A stretch of DNA of 64,000 nt, taken from assembly GCA_964106915.2 (NCBI GenBank), contig OZ066920.1; one strand, written 5' to 3'. Both the position numbers and the translations under genes were made by a program. Under the pieces are notes generated by a model. That model saw only the letters and a program-made list of their open reading frames with translations. It was not told the origin of the DNA and did no database searches. Below are positions 12,724 through 26,458 of the stretch, in pieces (position 1 is the first letter of the stretch; each line of letters begins with the position of its first letter). This DNA comes from Podarcis gaigeae (lineage: Eukaryota).

Positions 12724-13774
12724 TATGTTATATGCACATGTCAAAAAGCAATTCCAGCATTGATTTCATGTAGCTTTCCCAGAGATAATGCTTTGAACAC
12801 TGCCAGTTATAACGCTTTCACAACTTTACCATCAGGGCTGAGGACCCTTTTCAGACTGGCAAACAAATATCTTCATCTTCACAAGCTTCAATGAGCCACG
12901 TTTGACAGGTGGATAGGGTCACCCACCTGACAGTTACCTGACATCATAATGACATTGGTTGACAAGAGTGGCTTTGAAGTGCTTTTCTGAGGAAGTCAAA
13001 TTAAAATATGAAAATACTGAAAAAAATATTAATTTAAAAATATTGTGGTTAGCTTTTCTGGATAAAGTAAAAGTATCTAGCAAAAAACCAGCCCAGGTAA
13101 ATAGGTAAATGTATTTGAAGTATTAAAAAATTATGAAGAAAGACATAATACAAAAAGGAGGAAGTATAATAAGGCAGCTGGGTTACCAACCATTTGTGGC
13201 TTCAAGAGGAATTTTTTTTTTCTAATCTTAGTGTTGCGTAGGAGAAATGTGATTTCTATTTACAAATTAGTGTACATAAAGCTGTACTCAAGCAGAGCCT
13301 CACACATTCATCATTGTTTATAGGCTCAGCCTGCCTGTCCCATGTCACCCCTTAAAGCACTTAACCTGCAATAGGCTCACTAAAATAAAAGTTCCATGGC
13401 TTCCTTGGTAGCATTCCAAAGTTAATGACTTGAAAAGTGTCATCATGGGAAAGTTTGTAACCTTATGGCTTATTTTTCACTTTACAAAACTATGAGAAAT
13501 AACCTAAAAAAGACATCTACAGACTCCATTCCTTTGAGTGGGGCCTGCTCAGAACTGTCATTAAAATGTCCTTGTGTTAATGCTCATTCTCATCAGATTT
13601 GTTGGGAGCTGCAGTTGTGGCTCCAGCATGGCCATGGCTGGACTGGTCTCCCTTCTTCAGCCTTTGGTGCAGTGGAAGGGTGCACACCTGTCTCCTCTTA
13701 CCTCACCAACAGCCAGAAGACTCACTTGCAGGGCTCACCAGCCAATCACTGGTGAGCTGAAGTGTCTGGCTAGG

Positions 13775-14540
13775 GAGCTGTCAAGCAGTGAAAATCATAT
13801 GCACTATCACCCTAGAAGGTCAAAAACCATTTTGGGATTCAGGAAGGATATCCTTGGATATAGTTAGGAGATGGTTTGCTAAGATCCTTGCAAGAATTTT
13901 GCCAGCCGCAGCTAATAAAGAGATCTCTTGATAATTTCCGCAGTCTGTTCTGTCACCTTTTTTTAAAAAAAATATTGATGATTTTGGCATCCTTGAAGTC
14001 TGCTGGGATCTCCTCTCTCTCTCATTTTTTTTTAATGAGCTTGTAAGTTCAATTCCGCCCTCTTTGAAGACTTTGGCAGGTAACCCATCAGGTGTGCTGG
14101 CTTTGTTGTCTTTGGTTTGGTTAATAGCTGTACACAACTCTCCTAGATTTGGAGATACTGCAAGCTTATCTCTAATTTGTTTTTGTGGGATTTGTGACAG
14201 CAGCTATGAGGAAGCTGCGGTTAAGGAGATGCTGGTAATGTTCTTTCCAGCGCAATGCAATACAGTAGTTTCTTTATTTTTTAGAAGAAACTATACCATA
14301 GTTTACTGGCCCATAGAAGGTCTTTGTGGCTTTAAAGAAGCCCTGTGCATAATGAGTATTGCTAAGTGCTGGACCTCTTGAACTTTTTTTTATCCATAAG
14401 GTGTTCTTTAGTTCTCTGATTCTTCTTTGAACCTCAGCCTTAGCATTGACATAGGGTTTTTTTTCTTAGTGGCACAGTTTCTATCTCTTTGCCAGATCTG
14501 AAAGGCCTTCCTTTTCTTGTTGATAATGCGTTCAATCTTA
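13775..14540 (-). mobile_element. RTE-clade LINE (non-BovB) ORF fragment, decayed
   Basis: Translation KKGDRTDCGNYQEISLLAAAGKILARILANHLL..DILPESQNGF is the N-terminal part of an RTE reverse transcriptase; frameshifts and stops present. Confidence 0.85.
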
Positions 14541-14589
14541 CTGCCGACATGTCTAAATTTTTTGAATTAAAAATTGAATTAAAATTCAG

Positions 14590-14757
14590 TGGCCGCTAGC
14601 TATGACGGCTGTGTGTAGCCTCCAGATTCAGAGACTGTATACCTCCAAGTGCCAAATGCTGGGGGAACAACAGCAGGAAAGGCCTGTTTCTGTGTCCTGT
14701 TTGTGGGCGTCATGGAGGCATCCGGTTGACTACTGTGGGGATTGGGATGCTGTACTT
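14590..14757 (+). mobile_element. CR1 3'UTR fragment
   Basis: GGCCGCTAGCTATGACGGCTG...GAGGCATCCGGTTGACTACTGTG resembles recalled lizard CR1 3'UTRs. Confidence 0.5.
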
Positions 14758-15875
14758 TTGGTTCTTGCAGAAAGGAAGCACTGCTTGAACCACTTGTTCC
14801 TTACTCCAAACTACCATGGCATTCTATGTGGGGTGGAAAGGAAATGGTCTCTCCTACAGAGAACAACTGTAGCTTATTGTCAGCCTACAAGCAGGCCTAC
14901 ATTTGCAGATTTGTGTATGTGGGCAATGTGCCATCCTTTTGACATTTTTAAAAAATGAGCAGGATCCATTTTCTGTTACTGATCTCATACAGGAGACGTC
15001 TTGTTGCAGACATGATAAAACTGATGGGTCAATAGAAGCACTATTTCAGTGGTCATTATGTATACACATAATAAATATAGTGTGATCCCTGTTTTCTATG
15101 TATGACAGTACATACATGAAATTGTATGTCGAAACTGTTATTTTTCTCTCTGCTTTTAGCACGCACATTAAGAATGTGATAAGGGAACCTATTCCTCAAT
15201 AATTGCTTTCTCCTGAGGAAGCATATTCTTAAGACACTGTTTTCTGCTTTAGGCAAATGAAATTGAGTTTGAGATACAAAATCCATGAATTCAATTAACA
15301 CACAATATTGCAGCTCCCTGTCACACACAATTTCCTTTTTTTAGCATACTGTAATTATAAAAAGAGGAAACTGACACATTCTTTCAATGATTTAGGCTAC
15401 AATCCGGTACTCAGTTACCTCAGCATGAGCTTCACAGAATAAGACATTTACAGAACTGCAGTATTCTTTTTTTAATATATATACATAAAATTCTATTAAG
15501 ATTACAGATGAGTTTCTCAAAATGTGAGCTTATCTTATTTTGGGTTATTCTGTCAAGTGCCTCTGTGTAAAAATGTTGACTTGTGTTGCACAATCAGACA
15601 CAAAATCCTAGAACTTTACAATATGAAGACATCACAACAATATATTGCAGATGCAATGATAGTTGAGAAAATTGGTTCTCTCTTTTCTATAAGTGTCGCC
15701 AAGCTTCACAAATCCTTGGCTCAAAACTCATGATGCTAAAGTATTGAAAAGCATCTGTGAAACCAAACACTTTCTGTGCCATTTGGCGGCCTTTTATCAT
15801 ATACACAAATGAAACAAGACTGAAAGACAAGCGTTCACTGGTGAATCAGCAAATATGGGTATCATGATGCCACAC

Positions 15876-16161
15876 TGTAAAGGTGGTGTCTCCCCTTCGC
15901 ATTAACACCCCAGCACAGTCAGCTCGGTATTTACAGTCTTTATTACACATGTACAAGAAACAGGTACCGTTCAGGATTACGCGTCCGAACCCGTTGAGTC
16001 AGATTTGGGGAGTGGCTTCCTTCGATTCCCGCGCATCCCTGAGCCCTTCCTCCTCCTGGCTAATCTCTCTTCCGCTTCCTCTGTCTCTGGGTGGTTGAAG
16101 GGCTCCACAGCATCCCTGCTCCACCTCTTCTATCACTTGCTCCTCCAAATTCTCCCTGACA
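15876..16161 (-). mobile_element. Solo LTR (286 bp), antisense to host gene
   Basis: TGT...ACA termini, 5-bp TSD CACAC (15871-15875, 16162-16166), AATAAA on the minus strand at 15939-15944, CpGs retained. Confidence 0.75.
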
Positions 16162-17204
16162 CACACAGAAGACCTTTTTTTTTACTAGTTGTTGTTTTCA
16201 TTATATATTGTATTGTATTATATTAATTACTGTATTGCTATATGGACATTCTGGTCTTGTTTAGATGGCAATACATTAAAGGCAGGTAGAACTATATTAG
16301 TATTTATTAACCTGTTATAAGGTGGGGAGGGAGGTATGCTTTATGGCATGTTTGCTTCAAATTCTATATTTGCTTTTCGGCTTCATAAAAAGAAAAACGC
16401 TTTAAAATGACTACTGATGAGGTGAGCAACACTCCCCACAAGTCCTCATAAAAAACCAACAACCCTCCAATCATACATCCAGCTGTGTGGACAGTAAGGA
16501 TGGAGCCAACATATTATCTGCACTGACTCTACGCTCAAATATTCAGGGTTTTTTTAGTCTTAGAACCAGCATGGCACCCTGTTTATTAATTGGCACATAT
16601 TTTTCTTGTAATAGTTTCATTTTTTAATTTCCCCATTTTTGCTCTTCTAAACAAGATATCTTGTTTAGAAAAACTGTGACAATTTTTAGACATTGCTTTT
16701 ATAAATCCACACACTGCCACCACTTGTATTTTGATGTGTGAGAATGCAGCCAGTTAAACAACAGGATGTAGGCTTGAAGTAGAAAATGTTACTGAATAGA
16801 AGACAGAGAGATGGTGGTTAGAACAAGCCTGCAGAAATTAAGTCCTGCCAAACTGAATACAAGTATGCTAGGGAACTTTGAAAAAGAATCCTATTTCACT
16901 GAAAACAAAAGTGTCAAGAAAATGTCCTGTTGAGGCATGGTATGACGTAATCTGTGAACACATGGCATAAATTAAACAAAAGCATCAGGAATAAAAGCAC
17001 CAGGGCCTAGAATTTCCCCTATACTACTTTTTAAAGTCACAACTTATCCACAACTAAGTTCCACATTATATTTGTGCTTTCACATGGCTTAAAAGCCACT
17101 TATGGAACTAGAGTGGAATGTCGTGCAACTTTACTGCACATTTCCAGGAGCAAATCCCCCCCCCCAATCCATTTGCAAATGTGGAAATGAGTGCTAAACC
17201 TGTA

Positions 17205-17437
17205 CAGTGATACCTCAGGTTACAAACACCTCGGATTACAAATGCTTCGGGTTACATACAACACTAACCCGGAAGTAATACCTCGGGTTACAAACTTTGC
17301 CCCAGGATGAGAACGGAAATCGTGAGCCAGCAGCAGCGGGAGGCCCCATTAGCGAAAGCACGCCTCAGGTTAAGAACGGTTTCAGGTTAAGAACAGACCT
17401 CCAGAACGAATTAAGTTTGTAACCCGAGGTACCATTG
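17205..17437 (-). mobile_element. pogo/Tigger-type MITE, copy 3 (variant, inverted)
   Basis: TA|CAGTGATACCTC...GAGGTACCATTG|TA; the internal GAGGCCCCATTAGC is the reverse complement of copies 1 and 2. Confidence 0.85.
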
Positions 17438-19069
17438 TACTCTGTTCCACTATAGTTTCACTGCATGGTATCGCACTGTCATTCAGGGAATGGCTTTCAC
17501 ATCAATGCAATACTAAAATTAACAGGGAAACATGAAAATGGAATACACTGCTGTGTGCCTGTAGCCCTAGTGTCAGCATCAACCCTAATCTTAGAATGTA
17601 GATAAGAGTTTGGGGGCCTGGTTACAGCTCTGGAGCTCAGCAATCAGAAGCTTTTAGGTAGAACCAGAAAACACAATCCTGCTCATTCCATCGACAATCT
17701 CATTTTATTTGGCATTATTGTGTGAAATGGACCAAGGAACAGAGGCTATATAACTGTGATGGTGCAATGTCTAGAAAAATCCTAGACCTGCACTACAGTG
17801 CCACAAACAAAAATAGGCTTTATCACTAGATTCTATCTTCCTTATCTTCTAGAATCCATTCTCTTAATAGGATTGAACTGCCAAGTCCCAACAGAGTTTA
17901 TTATCTCTAGAGCAATGACCTAGTGCAGTTAGAGTTGCTGCATGGTAATATTTTGTCATGTTTGGAAAAGATAGTTCCCCTTTCTTATCATTTTGTTGTG
18001 TTATACTTATTTTTAGCTTGGAGGTTTATTCCATTTGAAACTATTTATCAGAAAGTGAATTGCATTAAGCTTCTTCAGTAGTTTCATTGCTAGTTATTAA
18101 AAAAAAGAAATATACATTTAGGCAAGTGGCTTACTTTTACTGCAGCAACTTTTACCCATCCAGGATATCTCTAATTTGCACCATTTGTCCAATTTTTGTT
18201 TCATTATAATTATCAATAAATCAATATAATCCTCCAACAAAGTCTTTAACATTAGATAATTTGCATATAGATTATTTTATGTTCCTTAACTCAAGCCTGT
18301 GCTTCCTTAGGCGGTTAGTGTTGCTTTTAATTTCTGATTTTTAGAAGTAGTCACTTTCCTCAGATCATCTTCATGAAATGCCCATTTAGCACAGAGTCTA
18401 ATCTGCCCCACATTTTTTCATCTGAAATAACTACTACCTCTAGTTCTGTATTGAGTTGAATCCATCTGATATTCTTCTACTGCTGCAGCCATCCATAAGC
18501 AGAACAGGCACTGAGATGCTCTTTAGTGTTCCCCCTGCAGCTCCACTCTTCCTATTTTGTTCTTAACGCACCCCCCCCCCCCACACACACACTAAGGAGG
18601 GAATGCATGGGTTATACTGGAAGGAAAAATCACCCTGGAGTCCTGTTCTATTGGATTGATAGAAGGCTCTGGTGAATCAGAGTCTTCTGTCAGTGAAGGC
18701 ACACTAATTGGATACAACCCAATCACTCCTGCAGAAAGTAACACCTGCAGCAATGCATTATGGGCATGCATGGGGAATCTCACATTCACAGAATGCTGAA
18801 CTAGATGGACCTTCCTTTCAAGAAAATATCAGTCATTCAATCAAGTGGAAAAACACAAAGAACAGCTCACAAGGGTACTTGTTGAGTCGGAGCCAAACCT
18901 CTTCTAATATTCGACGCTGGCAACACATTCTAGGAATGGGGAAGGCTCAGCCCTCAAATTGTTACTTTCACAGATATAAACAAATGTTGATTTCTCTGAT
19001 CAAACAATTAGAGTTACAGTTTTGGCCATGGTGAAATATTCTCTCTGTTACTGGACAGTCCAGCATCAT

Positions 19070-19742
19070 ATAAGGTGGAGGACACTGATTTGCCAGAAGT
19101 GCATGTGAAAAGGATCCAGGGGTATTAGTAGACCGCAAGCTTAATATGAGTCAACAGTGTGATGCAGCAGCAAAAACCCTCAATGCTATTCTAGACTGCA
19201 GCAACAGAAGTATAGTGTCCCAATCAAGGGAAGTCAAAGTCCTGCTCTATTCTGCCATAGTCAGACCACACCTGGAGTACTGTGTCCAGTTCTGGGTACC
19301 ACAATTTAGGAGAGATATTGACAAGTTGGAATGTGTGCAGATTAGGGTGACCAAGTTGATAAAGGGTTGGGAAACCAAGTATGATGAATGGTTGGGGGAA
19401 TTGGGTATGTTTATCCTGGGTAAGAGGAGACTGAGAGGAGATATGATAGCCATTTTCAAATCTCTAAAGGGCTGTGACATGGAAGATGGAGGAAACTTGT
19501 TTTCTCCTGTTCTGGAGGTTAGATCTCAACCAATGGATTCAAGTTACAAGAAAGAGGATTCTGACAAACCTCAGAAAGAACTTTCTAACAGAGCTGTTCA
19601 ACAGTGGAACAGACTCCCATGAGAGGTTGTAGAGTCTCCTTCCTTGGAGGTTTTTAATCAGACGATGGATGGCCATCTGTCATGTATTATCTAGTTGAGT
19701 GCCCTGCATTGCAGGGGGTTGGACTAGAATTCTGTGATTCTA
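19070..19742 (+). mobile_element. CR1 LINE 3' end, 5'-truncated
   Basis: ORF 19146-19622 (MSQQCDAAAK...LYSAIVRPHLEYCVQFW...) is the CR1 ORF2 C-terminus; ends in an ATTCTGTGATTCTA repeat. Confidence 0.92.
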
Positions 19743-20957
19743 CTTTTAAGGGCCTGATGGTGTCCTCAGAAAATTTTGAAATGCTATATTGATTATTATC
19801 TGTCGCCTGTCCTACACACTCACCTCATTTTAGGTGTAAATTGCAGGTATTAAATGTAGTAGTAAATAAGATTAGTAAGGTTTCCAGATGTTCTAGCAAT
19901 AGATCCTTTTTGAAAACAAGAAGTCCACTTTCTTCCACCCTCTGCTCATGATGTTATGGTGAACCTTCAGAGTGGCATTCTCTTGGGTGCAAGAATTGTC
20001 TAGTTTGCTTAGCAGCCAATATATGAGTGTACAAGCATCCTTGTATCCACAAGCATCCTTTTGAACCTGAGTGACTTAACTGAACTGAGTGTACTAACTG
20101 AAATCTTACTGGTGTATTTCATAGTGGTTTTTTATTTCCTATCTTTCATAGAAATGTCATTCTTAATAGTCCAAGAAATGCACAGGCATTATTTGCAGTC
20201 ACAGTACTTAATGGTTCGTAGTAATTGTGGTTGACTAAGGTTCCATTTAATACCCCCCCCCAGCTTTTAAGAATATAAACATTGAATTCCAGTTGGTGAG
20301 GTCATCTGCTATACCTTCATCATATCTTAATCCATTTCTGTTTTTACAATCCCATCAGTACATTTTTATTTCTCTCTCCAGTATCACTAATGAAAATATG
20401 GCATTAAATAGGATCCAAGGTTGTTCCTTAAGGAACTTGTTCCATTTACTTCTTTCCAACATCTTGAGATAATATATTAATATATTGTGGCTTTTTACAT
20501 AGTAGTTCTATATAGTCAAAAGGGGGAGGGACCAAAGTCATTATGAGCTATTAACAATTAGATTCAATGTTAAAAACCACATCTTATGTTGTCAAATAGG
20601 GATTTATGTAATTACAGGAAATGAAGTAGCAGCCTCAATGCTAACTGAATAATTTTCAGGCAGCTGCAATTATAGCTGTGCTATCTACAATATATTACAT
20701 AGAACATTTAATCTTCAGGTCACTTTGCATTCATTTGCTATTCACCCATGTCCTTTAAGTATTAGATAGAAAGTCTTTTGTGATGTCCATTTTATAGGTC
20801 AGGCCAAGATAATGTGCTTTCATCAGTGCCGTACAGGAGATCATTAGCTTATTTCAGATACTGTAGTTGTTTTCAGGTAGGGCGTTTGTGAATAATATCG
20901 GAGGCTCAATAAGGGGAGTGAATACACATGTGTGTACAGTATAACAAAAATGGCAAC

Positions 20958-21199
20958 TGTTATGTAGTGAAGTTTCACCCTGGGCCAGCAGGGGGATACT
21001 GTATATAGTTTTCACTCAGGTCCACGTCAGTTATTTCAGGCGGGAACTCTGGGCTGTTGTTGCTACAATGTTGACAGCCGGCTGCCTATAAAAGCAGGCC
21101 GGCTGAGCTGTTTGCAGTCAGTTCTATTCCAGCTTACGAAATAAAGAGCTATTTGGAGAAATCGCTGTGTCGTCGGCTATGTCAACCCACAACTTAACA
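20958..21199 (+). mobile_element. Solo LTR (242 bp), sense to host gene
   Basis: TGTTA...TAACA termini, perfect 5-bp TSD GCAAC, TATAAAA at 21087-21093, AATAAA at 21140-21145. Confidence 0.88.
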
Positions 21200-21870
21200 G
21201 CAACCAAGGAAGAAGATTTGAGCTCTCTCTTACCACTATTATACTGATCATTTGTAGGTGCTGGAGTCTTAATGTGTTAGTTGCCAGCTCTCTGGCTGAT
21301 AAATTTGTTACTATGAATGTGTCCAGAGGCTGAATAATGTTAACATGACAGCTGGGGATGCAGGATAATTGACTGGGACCAAACATCAGCAGTAGCAGGT
21401 GCAGGGTTTATTCTAAGCTTTTCCCCCCAACTGCTCAAGCCCCCAAACTTTTAGTAAGCCAAAGAAAGAGAAAGGAAAGGAAAGGAGGGGAGGGAAAAAA
21501 TAATAGATAAAGAGGGAAACAAGAGGCCAGGAAGGTTAGGAAAATAAGACAAAGAACAAGAAAAATGGAGGTGCCTTGGGAAAAACAGGGGAATAAGAGA
21601 ACGCTTTCCCCATATTATCTGGGGATGAGATTATCTGCCTTTCCTAATTTGAAGTTTGGGTACTGAGACTCCCATCTGATTATAACAACTAATTATAATT
21701 GTAGTGATTGGTATTTGCTCTATGTGGGAAAAAATGTTATTCTCCCTGAAAAATATATCGTTTCTGTTTACTGTTATGGTACACTAGGGGTTAATGAAAG
21801 CTCTTCACAAAACGGATGCTCAAAAACTGCATATTTTAGTTTGTATATTATTCACCATTTTACCTGGAGT

Positions 21871-23629
21871 AATGCAAAGAAATAGAGGAAAACAACAGAA
21901 TGGGAAAAACCAGAGATCTGTTCAATAAAATTGGAGATATGAAAGGAACATTTCGTACAAAGATTACCATAATAAAGGACAAAAGTGGTAAGGACCTAAC
22001 AGAAGCAGAAGACATCAAGAAGAGGTGGCAAGAATACACAGAGGAATTATACCAGAAATATATGGATGGCTCGTACACCCCAGGTAGTGTGGTTGCTGAC
22101 CTTGAGCCAGACATCCTGGAGAGTGAAGTCAAATGGGCCTTAGAAAGCACTGCTAATAACAAGGCCAGTGGAAGTGATGATATTCCAGCTGAACTATTGA
22201 AAAATTTTAAAAGATGATGCTGTTAAGGTGCTATACTCAATATGCCAGCAAGTTTGGAAAACTCAGCAGTGGCCAGAGGATTGGAGAAGATCAGTCTACA
22301 TCCCAATCCCAAAGAAGGGCAGTGCCAAAGAATGCTCCATCTACCGTACAATTATGCTCATTTCACATGCTATCAAGGTTATGCTTTAAATTTTACAAGG
22401 CAGGCTTAAGCGGTAAGTGGACCAAGAACTCCCAGAAGTGCAAGCTGGATTTAGAAGGGGCAGAGGAACCAGAGACCAAATTGCAAACATGCGCTGGATT
22501 ATGGAGAAAGCTAGAGAGTTCCAGAAAAACATCTACTTCTGCTTCATTGACTATGCAAAAGCATTTGACTGTGTCAACCACAGCAAACTATGGCAAGTTC
22601 TTAAAAAAAAGGGAGTGCCTGATTACCTCATCTGTCTCCTGAGAAATCTCTATGTGGGACAAGAAGCTACAGTTAGAACTGGATTTGGAATAACTGATTG
22701 GTTCAAAATTGGGAAAGGAGTACGATAAGGCTGTATATTGTCTCCCTGCTTATTTAACTTATATGTAGAATTCATCATGAGAAAGGCTGGACTGGATGAA
22801 TCACAAACCAGAATTAAGATTACCAGAAGAAATATCAACAACCTCAGATATGCAGATGACACAACCTTGATGGCAGAAAGTGAGGAGGAATTAAAGAACC
22901 TTTTAATAAGGGTGAAAGAGGAGAGCGCAAAATATGGCCTGAAGCTCAACATCAAAAAAACTAAGATCATGGCCACTGGTCCCATCACCTCCTGGCAAAT
23001 AGAAGGTGAAGAAATGGAGGCAGTGAGAGACTTTACTTTTCTTGGGCTCCATGATCACTGCAGATGGTGACAGAAGTCAAGAAATTAAAAGATGCCTGCT
23101 TCTTGGGAGAAAAGCAATGACAAACCTAAATAGCATCTTAAAAAGCAGAGACATCACCTTGCTGACAAATGTCCGTATAGTTAAAGCTATGGTTTTCCCA
23201 GTAGTGATGTATAGAAGTGAGAGCTGGACCATAAAGAAGGCTGGTCGCCAAAGAATTGATGCTTTTGAATTATGGTGCTGGAGTAGACTCTTGAGAGTCC
23301 CATGGACTGCAAGAAGATCAAACGTATCCATTCTTAAGGAAATCAGCCCTGAGTGCTCCCTGGAAGGACAGGTCCAGAAGCTGAGGCTCCAATACTTTGG
23401 CCACCTCATGAGAAGAGAAAATTCCCTGGAAAAGACCCTGATGTTGGGAAAGATTGAGGGCACAAGGAGAAGGGGACGACAGAGGACGAGATGGCTGGAC
23501 AGTGTTCTTGAAGCTACCAGCATGAGTTTGACCAAACTGTGGGAGGCAGTGGAAGACAGAAGTGGCTGGTGTGCTCTGGTCCATGGGGTCATGAAGAGCA
23601 GGACACAACTAAACGACTAAACAACAACA
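21871..23629 (+). mobile_element. BovB (RTE) LINE, 5'-truncated, non-functional
   Basis: Broken ORFs with QAGFRRGRGTRDQIANMRWIMEKAREFQKNIYFCFIDYAKAFD, NNLRYADDTTL and LEKTLMLGKIEG; (AAC)n tail; internal stops and frameshifts. Confidence 0.95.
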
Positions 23630-24227
23630 GGGTTCAGGGTACGAAACATAATGACCTTATTCCAGTTTGTCTGGAGACCTTGTCCCTATTGACCTAATTC
23701 AGTATGTAAATGCTTCCAAGCCTGAGGGTAAACCTCCTATGTGGCTATTAGTGCCACACTGGCGACCCCTGTCCTAATGTATGAATACTTTGGTTTGCAG
23801 TTTTTATTTTCTTTATTAGGGATTTGGCTGCAAGGCACCTGGAACTGCATTTTCTGGCTTGTGTACAGTAACTTTGCTGAACATGCAATGTGTTTGAGGC
23901 TGCTCAGCAGTTTTAGAACTCTTTTCATCATAAATATACAGGAGTAAGGAACTGTAGAGCAAACCCAGCATGGCATATCTCTTTTCTTTATGAGTTAGTG
24001 GCTGCTGCATTACATCATATTGGGCTTCCATCAATTTTCTGGTGCCATGAATTTTTTGGGAAACAGAGGTTGTCCTAACTGGGATAGATGCAATGTGTAG
24101 GCTCTTTGTATCATATCAATGGGACTAGGAAATGTCAGTTGTTTGGGTTTTTTTATAAAAAAAAATGACAAAGAGAACCAATTACACTTTTTTGGAGGGG
24201 GGAACCCATCTGTCTTGAGAAACAATG

Positions 24228-24925
24228 GGGTGCACCTATGGGGGTGAAGTCAAACCCCTTCATTAGCAGCACCAGAGTGACCTCTTTGGGAAACAAGCCT
24301 GAGCAGTATGTATGGAGGTCCTGGGCTGCCCAGATGGCAATACCGCCCTCTCAGTCTTGCTGATGTGGTCCAAAGGAAAGCAGAGCAATACATTTGGCTG
24401 CAGGAGTTGCTGGAAGGAGGCATACAAGGCACCATCCAACTGTCTCAGGAACTCCACTCTGGATTTCTGTAGAGTTTACTCCTTAGCCTTTTCTTCTCCT
24501 GAAGGTATCTCTCAAGGCAGCAGTGATTTAGGATCAGAGTTTTCCTTCTCCTAGATAGACTACCTTCCCAGCCTGACAAGCCCCATCTGCCCCTCACTTC
24601 CCTCTACAGCACGTGCAGAAACCACCTTCTTGTCTGTAGGACCCACTATTAGCCTCATTGGGCTCAATCCACCAGAGTCTGTCTTTGCATGCAGGGGATG
24701 TCCCTAACTCACTGAGAGCTTGAGACCCATTGGCTACCCTCAACTGGTTTAGCCGGCCAGTTGAAGCTGTTCCTGGGTGTGGCCGCAGTTGTATACTGAC
24801 AACTTCTAGGAACCACAGGGGAGAGCCAAGGGCAGGGCAGGGACCAAAAGTGGACAAACTAAACCAGAAGGAGCATGACATGTCCCCCACCAGTGATACT
24901 ACCCATCCCCTAACACCCCATATAC
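24228..24925 (-). mobile_element. Probable RTE-clade LINE 5'UTR region
   Basis: The minus strand contains CTAGGAGAAGGAAAACTCTGATCC and GGCTAAACCAG..GAGGGTAGCC, recalled from RTE 5' ends; GC-richer than the flanks. Confidence 0.55.
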
Positions 24926-26456
24926 CCCAAGTACAGACCATAAAGAAATAATGCTTCAGGCCTGAAAGTTGCCAGAAATACTAGCAATATCAGCATGTGC
25001 TATAAGAATAAGAACCCAGCTAGCAGAATGTACTCATATTTTTAACCTGCAGCAACTTTTCATTAATTTCATAACAATACAAAATTATAAATAAATTTAC
25101 TGCAGATAAACGTACTGCAGTAAAACTGAGTACACAAAACTGCACATGTGCAGGCAAAATATATTTCCAGAAAAGAGGTTGACTGATCCCTGCAACCCCC
25201 TTTTGAAATCTAGAAATAATCAACAGTTCACAAAACAATTGGCTTTCAATAGAAAGAATTACCTAGCACAGCACAAAAGAAATATAATGACAAATGCATT
25301 CCAGTTTATTGTTTCAGTACAGTTTAAAGAAAATGCTGCATGGTGATTTGTTGCCTTGCTGGGCAGTGTATTTTTTCCTGATAAGTAGTGTGTCATGAAC
25401 AGTGATTTATATTCAGAATTAACTCCTCCCCATTGCTTACAAAAGAAAAGTACAGAAATTTTAGTGGCATTATTTATGTTCTGGGGTTGCTTAGAGCCCT
25501 TTTAAGATGTTTGTTATGTAGCCTCCTCCACCAGAGGCACAGAGGGTGGCAACATGAGAACAGACCTTTTCTGTGGTGGCTTCCTGCTTGTGGAATGCTA
25601 AGGGACATACCTTTAGGCACCAAGCAAAAATATTCTCCTTCCGCAAGACACATATTTTTAAAAAGCTTCTCAAGTAGTTGCCTGCTGACTGCTCCATGTA
25701 GCTGGCAGGCGGCAAAACAAAACAAACAGAGCAACAAATAGGTGTATCCAAGAACTAGAAAATAAGGTAGAAGCAGGAAAGGTATACTAAAAGGAAGGTA
25801 GAAACAGCTCTTTAGGATCCCAGGGATTCTTGTAGCCAGGGTCCAACAACTCATGTCTCAATCACCCATTTAGTTCACCCATTGGCAGCCAGGCTGACTC
25901 ATTTCACAGAAATTGCTTGGATACCTGCATGTTTTGCTTCATATCTTTTTCTTAGGATGGCTAGCATATTGGGGGGGGGGGCTATTTATGTGCTCCTCTA
26001 CTTTCCTTTGACCCACTGTTTTTAGAAAAAAATGTCAGGAGATCCTGTCACAAATATCTCATGTCTCGCCTAATTTGGTTCTCAGGGCAACTCCTAGAGT
26101 GCTTTCATACTTGAGGGTAGAATAGTTTTTGTGCATCTCTTCCACTATTTATGTTAATGGCTCATGGAAGGTTAAAGCATAAGAGAATGTGGAGCAGAGG
26201 CATTTGTGATGCAAATGACCATTCTTGTCAACACAAGTTTTGCATTTGCATCACAAAGCAAACTGAAGCAAGAGCCGCTTGTCTCTCTGCACTTTCTGCG
26301 GACACAAGCTCCAGAGTGGAGGAAGCAGCAGCCAGATCTGTAACTGGGGTTTCCTCCCTCATCACTTAGTGCAGACTAGACATAGCATGTGATCACTTCT
26401 GGTTGTTGTTCTTTTTTAACCAAAAGCAGCTTGGGGAGGCTGTGAGTTTAAGTGGA

Positions 26457-26458
<2 letters not shown>

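Noticed and set aside
16414-16450. Hammerhead-like CTGATGAG
   Set aside because: No GAAA box or closing stems downstream.
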